Positions 47,305 to 60,130 of a stretch of DNA of 64,000 bases are shown in pieces (positions within the stretch are counted from its first letter, which is position 1; each line of letters starts with the position of its first letter). The position numbers and the translations under genes were made by a program. This DNA is from Vicugna vicugna (Eukaryota): the NCBI GenBank assembly GCA_013265495.1, contig MU058037.1, positions 807,498 to 871,497 on the forward strand, given 5' to 3'. Below the pieces are notes generated by a model, which worked only from the letters and a program-made list of their open reading frames with translations, made no database searches and was not told where the DNA came from.

Positions 47305-48511
47305 GTCAGAACATTATCCAACATAAATTTAAGCAATGTTCTCCTAGGACAGTCTACCCAGGCAATAGAAATAAAAGCAAAAATAAACAAATGGGACCTA
47401 ATTAAACTCAAAAGCTTTGGCACAGCAAAGGAAACCATAAGCAAAACAAAAAGACAACCTATGGAATGGGAGAAAACATTTCCAAAAGATGAGACTGACA
47501 AGGTCTTAATTTCCAGAATATATAAACAGCTCATACAACTTAACAAAAAAACCAACAACCCAATCCAAAAATGGGCAGAAGACCTAAACAAGCAATTCTC
47601 CAAGGAAGACATACAAATGGCCAATTGGCACATGAAAAAATGCTCACTATCACTAATTATCATAGAAATGCAAATCAAAACTACAATGAGGTATCCCCTC
47701 ACACCAGTCAGAATGGCCATCATTTTAAAGTCCACAAATGACAAATGCTGGAGAGGCTGTGGAGAAAAGGGAACCCTCCTACACTGCTGGTGGGAATGCA
47801 GGTTGATGCAGCTGTTATGGAAAACAGTGTGGAGATGCCTTAAAAAGCCACAAATAGACTTACCATATGATCCAGCAATCCCACTTCTGGGTGTATATCT
47901 GAAAGGAACTGTAATGTGAAAAGATACATGCACCCCAATGTTCACAGCAGCACTATTTACAATAGCCAAGACATGGAAGCAACCTAAAAGTCCATAGATA
48001 GATGACTGGATAAAGCAGCTGTGGTGAATTTATACAATGGAATACTACTCAGACATAAAAAAGAATAAAATGCCATTTGCAGTAACATGGATGGACCTGG
48101 ACATAGTCATTCTAAGTGAAGTAAGCCAGAAAGAGAGAAAAATATCATATGATATCACTTATATGTGGAATCTAAAAAAAAAAAAGGAAAAGAGGACACT
48201 AATGAACTCATCTATAAAACAGATACAGATTTGCAGACATACTAAACAAACTTATGGTTACTGGGGAAAGGGAGTGGGAAGGGATAAATTTGGGAGTTTG
48301 AGATTTACAAATGTTAACCACTATATATAAAAATAGATTAAAAAAATTTCTTCTGTATAGCACAGGGAACTATGTTCAATATCGTGTAGTAACCTTTAAT
48401 GAAAAAGAATATGAAAATGAATATATGTATGTATATGCATGACTGGGACATTAAGCTGTACACCAGAAATTGATACATTATAACTGACTATATATATTTC
48501 AGTTTAAAAAA
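47305..48511 (+). mobile_element. 5'-truncated LINE-1 (lineage-specific) with a degenerate TSD
   Basis: ORF 47251..47919 matches the ORF2 C-terminus, followed by a 3' UTR and A-tail. TSD-like AATGTTTCAACATC (47291-47304) pairs with AAAGTTTCAACAAC (48512-48525). Confidence 0.95.
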
Positions 48512-49029
48512 AAAGTTTCAACAACCTTTGTACACATTATAAGTAAAATTTTAAATCACATCAGGAATGCTTGTAACAAATTAAAGTGCATGATCAGAGT
48601 ATCCATTTTGGAGGTTGGCACTAACATTGGCAAGACAGCTGTACCTTATTGCTTAAAATTACTCCTCAGTTTTCATTTAACCTAAGCAAAATACCTATAT
48701 GCAAAGAAAAAGCATACACATTCAAATATTGAAATATTTTGAAAACCAAATCTCCCAACTAATTGGCGAACTTGGAAGATTCAGGGAAAATGAAAGCAGA
48801 GTGACAGTTCTAACAGTGGCTGAGTATTTGGACCATTAGTCTCTTTTATACCTGAGATCCTAAGAGTCAATGAATCACATCTAAGTATCACAATTCTCCT
48901 TACTAGTTATTTTGATGTCTTGCTAAATGACCTTCCATAACTACCCTTACTGAATAATGGCTACATACCTTGGGCTGGAATTCAGGGCCATTCAAAAACT
49001 ACCTTTCAATCTCGTCCTTCACACACTAT

Positions 49030-49231
49030 CAGTGATGTGGAAAATCACGTCTTAAGAGTTTAAGAAACAAATCTGATTTGCAGTATTTGCCAGTTTTCAT
49101 GTTGTTAATACTCCCACTGTGACCAGTTTCAACCTACCAAGGATTTTCAACTGGCTTGCAAAAATCCCTGAATATTTAACAGTTGGCTCTATCTACCCTA
49201 TACCAGTTGATTCAGCTCAGGCACACCACTG
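49030..49231. mobile_element. MER63-like hAT-Blackjack MITE
   Basis: Termini CAGTGATGTG and CACACCACTG, with internal TATTTGCCAGTTTTCATGTTGTTAATACTCCCACTGTGACCAGTTTCAACCTACCAA. Confidence 0.75.
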
Positions 49232-49699
49232 ACTCACCCCATCTTCCAGTCAGATGAATTTATTGCAGCTCTACAAATATGCCTTTCGATTCCCTGTAAC
49301 AAACTATGCCTCCATGTATGTTGGAGTGAATCCCATTTCATATCAAATTCCTAACTACTCTTAAGTTTCAACCTAAACACATCTCCTTCTTTCTAATATC
49401 ACTGGGAGCTAATAAAACTTTACACATAATGATACTTTTTTTTTAAATCTGTATATTTTGCCATCTGTGTCAGGCAATGATACTTCTTAGATTCTTAGTT
49501 TGGGAATAACTGGCAAGTGGTTTTTCAGTGACATGTAAGGCAATGAATAAATAAGTAGAGTCCATAAGAGTGTATCTGAGGGTGATTTTGAGGCTTAAAA
49601 TTAAAAATAATACATGCAAATTAAAATTAGTTTGAATATGCATTCACTCGAAAATAATCCTCAGAAGTCACACTCATGAAATAAATAGTTCAATACTAT

Positions 49700-49925
49700 T
49701 AGTTTTGTCCTGGATCACTTGGGGTTCAAATACTCTCTCTACTACTTCCTGGCTGGTGATACTGGGCAAGTTATTTAATATCTCCAAGCCCCAGTTTGCT
49801 CATCTGTAAATTGGACATAATAATACCTATTCTCATTAAGTTAATGTGAGTATTGTGTAGAATAATATACGTAAAGCACGTAAAACAGTGCCTGGCACAT
49901 ACTCAGCATTCATTGCACACTTGTT
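49700..49925 (+). mobile_element. MIR SINE, near complete
   Basis: Contains GGGTTCAAATAC, TGGGCAAGTTATTTAA, CCCCAGTTTGCTCATCTGTAAATTGG and ACAGTGCCTGGCACATA. Confidence 0.9.
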
Positions 49926-52900
49926 AGTAATACTAAGTATAGTAATAACAATAGTGGAAAATAGTACCTATCACTGAAAAATAAATCTCAAACATTATAA
50001 ATAAAATGAAATAAATGAATGTTAAATAGGAAAAGGGAGAAATAGGTGACTATTTACAGTAATCACAAACACAGAATTTGTTGCCCCCTAGGCCTTAAAC
50101 TGAACCAAACACCAACTTTTAAAATCCTAGTAACTTAAAATCCTAGTATCCCCTCCTGTCCCACTTTTTCCTTACCAAATAAGTCCATCATTCTCCCCAC
50201 AACCTGCTTCATAGGTCCCAGGTAGTGTCCCACTGTACAATGCCAAAGCCGTAATCATGTTTCCAATGTCCACTTGTTAGAAACAAATTTTAAGATCAGC
50301 TTGTTGAAACCACTTCTAAGCCTGCAGCATTTACTTATCTATGGTACACATGGCCCCGACTCACATTAGCCTCAACAGCTTCAATGAAGTGTCCCCCTCA
50401 AATGCTAGACAGATGAACCCTGAAGGACATGGAACTGCTGACATTTCATCTAAACATATGACATTTTAAAAGGATTCTGGGTTACCCGCTTATTCCACAT
50501 TGGATAAATATGCTGCCTCCACTGTAAATCCTGATGGGTCAGAAGAAGATGAGTAAAAAGAAAACTCTTTGCTCATAAGTGAGAAAGAATAAGAAAATAC
50601 CCAGACACTCTGATCTAAAGAGAGTGTGTCTGCCTTTTCAGTTCACTGTGGAGATTGCTGAAAATACTGAAGGAAGAAAGTTAACAACTGATTGTCCCTT
50701 AGCAGAGAGCTGAGAAAGCACTGAGAAATGTGAGGGCCTCTCTTTGGCAACACGTATAGGGGAAATTAGGTATGTGAGACAAACAGTTGGAGATTATACT
50801 CCTACTTGGAACTTTCACATGTTTCACATAAATAATTCCAAAAATGAGTATTTTTAATGCCCGTCTCAGAATGGCATCTAATCTTTCACAATAATACAGA
50901 ATCTTGACAAACAGGAAGTATTTGATTGTATTGCAATCTCTCTCCATAGGAGTATCAACCAACTATCTTTTCAAAGAAGCCACTTGCTCAAGCTCACCAG
51001 CTACTCAGCAGCAACATGGAAACTGTCGCCAGGCCTCCTCAGGCTGCCGCCTCCTTAAGACACAAGAACAGTTAAGTTACACGCTGCCGTGTGACTCTAC
51101 AACAAAATAAGAGATCTGATAACATGTAAGGTTAGGGTGCAGGTCGACGGCTACTCTGAGACTGCAGGTTCCAGTGCGCCAGCCTCTGGGAATGTTCCAG
51201 TAGTGACTTGCCCAAGATTGCAGTGAGTCACGAGATAGGTCAGGAAGGCAACTTCAAGCTCCTGCTGAGACTCCAGTGGAAGAAACTGAGTCAGCTGAGC
51301 AGGAACAGACAGCAACTCTGAGCATTTCAGAGCAGATCCCACGGATGAGCTGGCTTCATTTAAGTGGCCTGAGGAAATCTCAGATCACTGGCTAGAGTTG
51401 AATGCAACGAGTAATTTCAAAGATTCAGTACTGGCAGCAGACTCTGTACATGTCTGTGAATACTGTGTGCCTTTGAATAGGCCGAAAACCTTCTCAAAAG
51501 GCCCCCTAGGTAGCATAGTCTTGCAGGAGTAGGGAATGAAATAGATGTAAGAAATCATTTCCATTTCCTCTCTTCCTTAGGCAGGAAATTCAAACAGATG
51601 AGGTTGTGTAGGGAGACGAGTTAACAATAAGAGATTAGGTCACGTGGGCAGGGATTAATTTAGAAGGCAGAGTCAACAGAGATGGGGTGACAAACGGGAA
51701 CAAAGAAAAGTTTGATGATCTAACCCCATAAAAAGGATGCCTTCAGTCAGAGGAAAGGGACCCTGCATCCAGAATTGTATTTTTGTTTTCAGCAAGTAGC
51801 AGGGAACCACTGAATCACTTGACCAAAGGTGGGAACTTAGAACAGCCATGAAATGGTAATGGCAGAGAAGAAAATTAAGGCAATGACTGTGAAATGACTC
51901 AGAAGTAAATGCCTCCGTTAGCATCTGTTTCTCAAGATTTAAAGACAAGAATCTCAGACCCTCTAATCATCCATTTCACAGGTTCTATCACGCTTTACCA
52001 CATAAAGCAGTCCCGGGCCCTACAAAGACCAGTGTTTCCCTAGCCTCTCCCTGACAACCTACCTTTGCTGGGAATAGGGTGCTGCGTATGACGGCTGCCC
52101 GCCAGCTTCCTGCTGAGGAGCAAATGGCTACAACTAAGCACTCCTTTCAAAACATCAGGGTGCTCAAGCCACTGGTTTGGTGCTCTCTTCCCTTGAGACC
52201 GTGTCACAATTCAAGGGCTATGGAGATTAAGAGCCCATTTAAGGAGACAGCCATAAAAGTTGAACATCATGCATTTCTAAGGATGTCACAGCAACTTGGT
52301 GATGAATGCACAAAATGGTTGTGTGTTGTGGGTCTTTGGGCAGAATCTCTCAAAGCTGGGAGATCAGGGTGGGGGTAGGATGTGTAAGTCTGTCCCTCAA
52401 CCTGGAGTCCTTGTGAGAGTGGGCTAAATGCTGGGCTCAGTCACCACCTGAAAGGATTAGTAGTTTTTCAGATAAATCATGGACATCCTAGAAGTCCTGC
52501 CTGCTAGTAAGTACACAGTTCGTTACACAGGATCATAAACCCTTGATAAGTTGCACAGTGGGTGCCCTCTAAAAATGTCCTAGTCAAGTAAGTGCCCAGC
52601 CCCCTGATCCTTCTCCAGATCATCCCCCACGGTCACCCCATCCCAGTGCATCACCTGAGGTGCTGAGGTACAGAGAGCTTTCACTGCTTCCCATCAGCAG
52701 TTGTCATGCCCCTATAAATTGTATAAACTAAGCAATTTCATGTAAACTATGCATCTTGTAATCATCCGGCAAAACTACAGCAATGACACATGTGTGTCTA
52801 TCTACACACATGTGTGGATAAATCCATTCACTGGATTTTTGTGATCTCAACACTGCAAAATACTAACTAAAATACATAATGTGCAGCTGGGGCTTCTCCC

Positions 52901-53709
52901 AAAATTCACCTCTCAGAAAGATACTCTCTCTAAACAAAATTAAAAGCAATAAACACACCACCTGGAAGTCATGCCTCATCCTTCCCTTATCACTGTGGCC
53001 TTCATCCAAGACATCATCTCATCTGGCCTGTCTCCCAGCCTCACGTCTGCCCACTGTGAGGTTACGTCACTCTAGGAGTGTTCCTCTTGCATGCTTTTGG
53101 CTTTCACTGAGAGCCCCATCTCCAGGCTGCCAGCTTCTCATTTGTCTCTTCAAAGCCTTCCCCACTAATGAATATGGAGGTTAGACAGACAAATGAGGGG
53201 ATAATTGAAGATGAGAGCCTGCTATAAAGATATTTCATTGATAAGGCCCATAACAATGTGGCCAAATGGGGCCAGATACCAAAATTCAATTTGTATACGT
53301 CTACATAGCTGGGCTCCCTGGCAAGGATCTGAAATACCAGTTTTGTCACTTACACGTCAGTAAGACTGCTCTGGGCAAACTGTACCAACTACATTGTCAT
53401 AGTCCTGTATTAAAAATTTCCCAGTTCCAAAAAGATGTAGTACATACTGTTCAAGAGACTAAATATGAGTTCTTTCCTTTCCTCTTCCTTATCATTTGTC
53501 ATAAATGATTCACATAAAAGCCTCTCTGTACACTGACTCACCCAGAGAAGTACCCAATTATGCCTTTCTTTCTAACGCAGTTCCCTCTTCATCATCAGTC
53601 TTGATCCTTCCTTCACAGACATCTCCAAGCCCGGCTACAGCCCAGTCCCTCAATAGCTGTGCTGTGAAATTTCATCAAGGCCTTTTGAAAAAGATAGAGG
53701 GTCGAGGGT

Positions 53710-53820
53710 TCAGTTGTGTGACTTGGGTAAGCTCGTTCATCTCTGAAGCTCAGTTTTCCAATCTGTTAAGGAGGGACATAGAGTAAATTATCATCAAGGT
53801 TCCCTTGAGATCTGAGAAGA
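53710..53820 (+). mobile_element. MIR/MIR3 fragment
   Basis: Contains GTTGTGTGACTTGGGTAAG...CTCTGAAGCTCAGTTTTCCAATCTGTTAA. Confidence 0.65.
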
Positions 53821-54341
53821 ACCAAAGATGCTGAAATAAAAGAGGGGGGAAAAGAGTAAGAGAGGTAATTAGCTTATCTGTCTCAGGAGCTTGTAAACTG
53901 CCCCTACTTTCCACTCTCCCTAAACTTGTCTCTGTCATCAAAAGCCCAGAGCCTTCCTATTTATCAAAACATACCATCAAGAAAGATACTGTCAGATATT
54001 GGCCTACACTATAAATGCTTCGAGATCAGAGACAATCTTTGTATTCTCAATGTTTAGACCCTAGCTCTCATCCTCTCAGTTCTTTAACTACTGAATGTGA
54101 TGTGTCTCCCAAGCATCTTTTAAATTAAAACCTTATCTCTAAATAGAATGAAAGATTTCATCTCCTAATAAAGAAATTTTAAGAGAAGTAGGGAATAGAG
54201 GATATTTATTACATAGCATCCTTTCTGTATGCCTGAAAATTGGTTCATTTTATTTTATTTTGGTCTAACCATGAAGCAGGTTAGAGAGCTGAAGTAGATC
54301 TAGGAAGAGAAACCCCTGGGAGACTGAGGGCAATCCCTACT

Positions 54342-54745
54342 TGTGTCAGTCAGATTCCTGGCAGGAAAGAGATGGGGGTGAGTCTTACAAAGGTCTATTT
54401 AAGGAAATCCAACAGTGGAGAATCCAGTACTCTGGAAATAGCACAGCAGGGAGCCATTAGCACTCAGGCTGGAAAAGGCCGGGGCCTAGCCCCCTGACAG
54501 GAGTTGTTGCCTTCAGCAGAGGAAGCCAAACCCCAGTGACAGGGCAGGAAGGGATCTGGGAGAACAAAAGCCCAGAGTCTCGTTCTCCTCCTGCCCACCT
54601 AGCTCTTACTGGGACCTCACCCTGGCCAAAACCAACGGGCAAGGGAGCCCATAGAGGCAATCTATGAAAATAAGCCTGCGGAGACAGAGTAGGTTGGAAA
54701 AAGCAGAAAGGAGCCCTGGAGTGACCAATGGGGAAGATGCCGCCC
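54342..54745. mobile_element. Old ERVL-type LTR fragment
   Basis: TGTGTCAGTCAGATTCCTGGCAGGAAAGAGATGG terminus and TGGCCAAAACCAACGGGCAAGGGAGCCC resemble LTR33/LTR16-group LTRs. Confidence 0.5.
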
Positions 54746-55861
54746 ACTACTCAGGCCACTCATGCCCAGCACAGCTCCCACGCACAGCTATGGCAGCAGA
54801 GCGCGGTTCTGACCCCTGCATCACAGGACCCTGTGTTCATCGCTCGTCTCCACACAATGGCCTCCAAGAAAATAAGAGCCAGAGTCCTCATGCCTAGGAT
54901 AAAATCAGAGTCTGTTCCTTTTGAAGCCACAGAGAAGTACCCCTACCGCATTTGAGCCTGGCCTGACGTGGGAGGCCCTGCGCTTTAAAGCCCTGGTGCC
55001 CGTTCGGCATAAGTAAGCCTCTGCGCTCCAGACGTGAGCCGTGTGGGCGTTGGAGTCCGTGCTCTTGCCCACAGCCCAGTCACACCTCAGCTGGCTTGAA
55101 AACTCCTTACAATGACCAAATCTGTGGAGTTTCAAGTCTACAGGCTTCCTTCTGTGAAGACAAAATAACCTGGGTGTCTTCTCAGATTGGATTCCTCTTT
55201 TGAAGAGGAAGCATTCTGGCAGAGAACTATAACTTCCTGTAGCGTCTAGCAAGTGCCTCTCGCTTGAAAGAAATAGGGTTTTGCCCCAAAGGGCTTTAGG
55301 AGGGAACACAAGCTAGAAAGATCGCTCAGAGCCACAAAAGCAGATACTCTCTCTCCCTCTTTTCTCCTTTTTTGTCTAATTTTGCTTTGGCCATAAAGCA
55401 TGAATCAGAGTGTAGAAATTAAAGTCCCATCTTGGCTTTAATGAAGTCCAATTTCAGTGCTGATGAAATCCCTGACAGCAATGTGGGCTTGTTTACTCTT
55501 CACTGAAAGGAATGCTCCGCCAGAATTCGTAGGAAAATAACCCTTTCCAAGAAGCTAATGGAATAAAAAAAAATGTTTTTAATCTCTTTGAAAAATATGC
55601 CAGAATAATCACAGATTCTCTATTAGCAAAAGTAAAATAGTACCCTTTCTTGTTTGCTTGGGAGCAAACTGTCAAAAGATTCTAGGTTTCAAAAGAAGGA
55701 TGGATTTAAGACAAGCCAGAATGATATCAAATTTCATGGAGTCCAGATGGTTCTGTCAGACTTGTCTTCAGCTGCTTGGTTTGTGATAATTTTTTTTTCC
55801 TAAGAGCTAAATAGATGTGGGTGATTGAAACAGAGCAAGCAAGCCCGGGAGTCCATCTGAA

Positions 55862-56130
55862 TCGTGGTAGTAAATGTTTTCAAATGTGGGCCCATCCTGA
55901 GCTCTACTTCTTTAACAGTTCTCCCCCTCTGAGAGGTGAGACTCTGAAGCCATGTCAGTGCGGTGCTCTTACCATGCAGTGACCCCAGCTAATTGGACCA
56001 AAAGTGGACACTTGACTCAGGGAAACCAATTCATAGTCTAGATTGGCAAGGAAAAATGTCTTTCACCATTTGGTGTTGGGACGTAGAAAGCTCAGGACAA
56101 ATAATGGTAGGCATTCATTTTGTAAACTGA
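55862..56130. mobile_element. LTR16/LTR33-like LTR, left part (right part at about 58057-58380), split by an L1
   Basis: Contains GCTAATTGGACCAAAAGTGGACACTTGACTCAGGG. The right part has TTCCAGGTCCTGTTTCCAGTCCC and CATCCTTGCCCTTGG. Confidence 0.55.
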
Positions 56131-56132
56131 TG

Positions 56133-58055
56133 TAAAGTGGATTGAAGAAAATAAAGAAATAATCCCTTTTAAAATTGCACCCAAAACAATAAAATACTTA
56201 GGAATAAATCTGAGCAAGGAGGTGAAAGACTTATAGAGAACTATAAAACATTTATTAAGGAAATTAAAGAAGACTTAAAGAAATGGAAAGATATCCCATT
56301 CTCTTGGATTGGAAGAATCAATATCGTTAAAATGGCCATACTGCCCAAGGCAATCTGCAGACTTAATGCAATCCCTATCAAATTACCCAGGACATTTTTC
56401 ACACAACTAGAACAAACAATATTTCACACAAACAAACAATCCTAAAGTTTATATAGAATCGCAAAAGACCCAGAATTGCCAAAGCAATATTGAAGAAAAA
56501 GAATGAAACTGGAGGACTAACCCTCCCAGACTGCAGACAATACTACAGAGCTAAATTCAAAACAGCATGGTATTGGCATAAAAACAGACATATGGATCAA
56601 TGGAACAGAATAGAGAGCGCAGAAATAAACCTGCAGGACCTATAGTCAATTAATCTCCAACAAAGGAGGCAAGAATACACAATGGAGAAAAGATAGTCTC
56701 TTCAGCAAGTGGTGTTGGGATAGCTGGAGAGCAGCATGTAAATCAGTGAAGTTAGAACACTCCCTCACACCAAACACAAAAATAAACTCAAAATGGCTTA
56801 AAGACTTAGGTGTAAGATAAGACATGATAAATCTCCTAGAAGAAAACACAGGCAAAATATTCTGACATAAATCTTAGCAATATTCTAGGGCAGTCCACCC
56901 AGGCAATGGAAATAAGAGCAAAAATAAACAAATGGGACCTAATTAAACTCATAAGCTTTTGCACAGCAAAGGAAACCACAAGCAAAACAAAAAGACAACC
57001 TATAGGATGGGAGAAAATATTTTCAAATGATGCGACTGACAATGGCTTAATTTCCAGAATATATAAACAGTTTATACAACTTAATAGCAAAAAAGACAAA
57101 CAACCCAATCCAAAAATGGGCAGAAGACCTAAACAAGCAACTCTCCAAGGAAGACATACGAATGGCCAAGAGACATATGAAAAAATGCTCAATATCACTA
57201 ATTATCAGAGAAATGCATATCAAAACTACAATAAGGTATCCCCTTACACCAGTCAGAATGGCCATCATTCCAAAGTCCACAAACAATAAATGCTGGAGAG
57301 GCTGTGGAGAAAAGGGAACCCTCCTACACTGCTGGTGGGAATGCAGGTTGGTGCAGCCACTGTGGAAAACAGTGTGGAGATTCCTCAAAAGACTAGGAAT
57401 AGACTTACCATACGACCCAGGAATCCCACTCCTGGGCATATATCCAGAAGGAACCCTACTTCAAAAGGACACCTGCACCCAATGTTCGTAGCAGCACTAT
57501 TTACAATAGCCAAGACATGGAAACAGCCTAAATGTCCATCAACAGGTGACTGGATAAAGAAGATGTGGTATATTTATACAATGGAATGTAATTCTGCCAT
57601 AAAACCAACCGACAACATAACACCATTTGCAGCAACATGGATGTCCCTGGAGAATGTCATTCTAAGTCAAGTCAGCCAGAAAGAGAAAGAAAAATACCAT
57701 ATGATATCAGTCATATGTGGAATCTAAAAAAGAAAATAGGACCCTATGACCTCATCTATAAAACAGAAAGAGACTCGCAGACATAGAAAACAAGCTTATG
57801 GTTACTGGGGAAAAGGGGTGGGAGGGAATAAATTTGGGAGTTTGAGATTTACAAATGTTAGCCACTATGTATAAAAATAGATTTTTAAAAAAGTTTCTTT
57901 CGTATAGCACTGGGAACCGTGTTCAGTATTTTGTAGTAACCTTTAATGGAAAAAAATATGAAAACAAATAAATGTATGTACATGCATGACTGGGACATTG
58001 TGCTGTACACCAGACGTTGACAGACTGTAATTGATTATACTTCAATTAAAAAAAA
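56133..58055 (+). mobile_element. 5'-truncated LINE-1 (lineage-specific), ORF2 frameshifted
   Basis: ORFs 56906..57289, 57162..57491 and 57290..57727 are ORF2 C-terminal pieces. The 3' UTR ends ACTTCAATTAAAAAAAA. Confidence 0.95.
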
Positions 58056-59019
58056 GTCAACTGAAGGCCACCATTTAGAGGCAGCTATGACATGCCATAT
58101 GTAAACATGGTGGAAGAATCAGCCTAAAGAGAGAGAGAAATACGAAGCCAATAACAGGGATTAGCAGATATAAAAGACCACATGGTCCCAAAGAGTGAAG
58201 TGAGTATAGCTAGGAGGGGTCTGCCTTCCCATCTATGTTGACTTTCCAGGTCCTGTTTCCAGTCCCTAGTGAGGCGGGAATACATCCTTGCCCTTGGCAT
58301 TGTCGACATGCCCTTGTATTCCTCCAGGGAATGTCCCCTTTTAGTTTAACCCACTTTGGATTTTACCAGCAAAATTACCTGAGGAGATAATTAACTCTGG
58401 AAAAAACCTCAATCAGGTATCTCAGGGCTTTAGCCTCCAGCAGCAATACCATGCAGGCACAGAGATTCCCACAGAAGTGTTCAGCCTGGTTCTCTAATAG
58501 CAAGACAGAGGACATCAAAGGGAATTTCTCTGCACAGTCAGAAGAGACAAGAGGATTGGCAGCTGTTCAGCAGAGGATGGAGTAACCCTGAGGCAGCTCT
58601 GAATGCCCCAGCACTGGAGGTGGGAGAGCTGGGGAGGGTACATATCAGAGGCAGGGCTTTCAAGGGACTTGGTTCGTTACTCTGTTCTCTGTTAACACTT
58701 TATACTTAGCAGAACTCCAAGAGCTGTGTTTACATTTTGCTGTCACCTGTAGCACTGCCTGTTTTATGCATCAACCTAAACTTCATTTTAACCACACCAA
58801 GCTTAGAACACACTAACCCTATCAAATCACACGTGTTTAATTCAGCCAGGATAAAAACCATTAAAGTTAAATTTTAAAGCAGCACCTTATAAAATATGTA
58901 ACATGTTCTACAAAATGACACGACGTACTTTCAGGTTTCAAAGCCCTTGCTTGCTGATTGTTCACATCATAGCACCAGGTAATGACTAAGTTGTGGGTTA
59001 CACGCCGTGGAGGCTCTCA

Positions 59020-59215
59020 CACATTATATTCCACTTTTGTCAGCCCTACAGCAGCCCTGTGAGCTCAGCAGGGCAGGCATTAATAAATTCATTGTCAGTG
59101 GAAAAAGCGAGGCTCAGTAAGTCAGCTGCAGCGACCCCAGGCTTTATGGCTAATACGTGAGCAAGTCAGGACACAGATTCAGAAGTTCTAACTCTAAAGC
59201 CTATAATCCTTTCCC
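59020..59215 (-). mobile_element. MIR SINE
   Basis: Contains CCCTACAGCAGCCCTGTGAG and GGAAAAAGCGAGGCTCAG. Confidence 0.55.
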
Positions 59216-59407
59216 CCAGAGAGGAAGTGCAGAATTGTACAGAATGTCTGAAACGCAGCCTTTATTGTGGGAACCTATTTCACGTGGGTTCTCACTGCAT
59301 TGTTTCCAGTTCATAAGACCTGAGAGCACTCCTTGAGAGGAAGACTGTGTCTGACTTGCACGCGGCTGCATGCCTAGCACCCTGAATGCTCCTAGGTACC
59401 TAAAAGG

Positions 59408-59865
59408 TGTGTGACTTGCATTGGGTTTCCCAAAAGCAAGCCCTGAGATAAGGATTTATGTGAAAATGGTTTATAAGGAGATGTTCCCAGGAAATCCATA
59501 GGGGACTAGGAAAATGAGACTAAGAGGAGGAGGAGGCCAAGCAAGGGCAGGACAGTGACTCCCACGGATCGGAACTGGCTCAGTCCCACCAGGGAGACAG
59601 TCTGACTTCAGAGTTGTCCCCATGAGGGGGCATGATGGCTGGAACATTTATTCCTTCTCACCTATCAATTACTGGTTAAGGGATGCCCACAAGGGGATGT
59701 AAATTCCCAGGCCCTTTTGGTTCTTCAGGCAAAGTGGGTTCTGGCAGCTTGAGGGCAACCCTTTGACAAAGAGACACAGATGCTGGCTTCAGGGAGTCAA
59801 AGGCACAAAAATTACAAAAAGATCCATGGGAACACGGACGGGGCACTGACAGCATCTGGCACAGG
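59408..59865. mobile_element. LTR16-like solo LTR inserted into an L2 3' end (L2 at about 59310-59405 and 59866-59895)
   Basis: GGGTTTCCCAAAAGCAAGCCCTGAGATAAGGATTT is shared with 11208-11670. The L2 tail TTCAATAAGTATTTCTTGAATGAAAGAA resumes immediately after it. Confidence 0.7.
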
Positions 59866-59964
59866 TTCAATAAGTATTTCTTGAATGAAAGAAATAGAGA
59901 CAGAAAGGAGGAAGGGCAGAAGGGCAGACTACTGTTTTCCACGTGCTTAGTGATATTACCTCAG

Positions 59965-60130
59965 CCAAATCTCCTGGCAACCCTTGCAGATAGATACGCT
60001 TTTCTCCATTGACTGATCAGGGAACTCAAGCTCAGAATGTTTAAGGAGTTTGCCTAAGGTTACGCAACTTATAATAATACAGCCCCAATTCAGACAGGTC
60101 CATCTAGCTTTACAGCCTCTGCACTTGGCC
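59965..60130 (-). mobile_element. MIR SINE
   Basis: Contains GGGAACTCAAGCTCAGAATGTTTAAGGAGTTTGCCTAAGGTTACGCAACT. Confidence 0.7.

Noticed and set aside
47251..47919. 222-aa ORF as a domesticated gene
   Set aside because: It is the ORF2 C-terminus of a 5'-truncated L1, with a start in flanking DNA and a premature stop.
54664..55309. Moderately CpG-rich ORFs suggesting a coding exon or promoter
   Set aside because: No recognisable protein or coherent splice structure, partial overlap with an LTR, and too weak for a CpG island.
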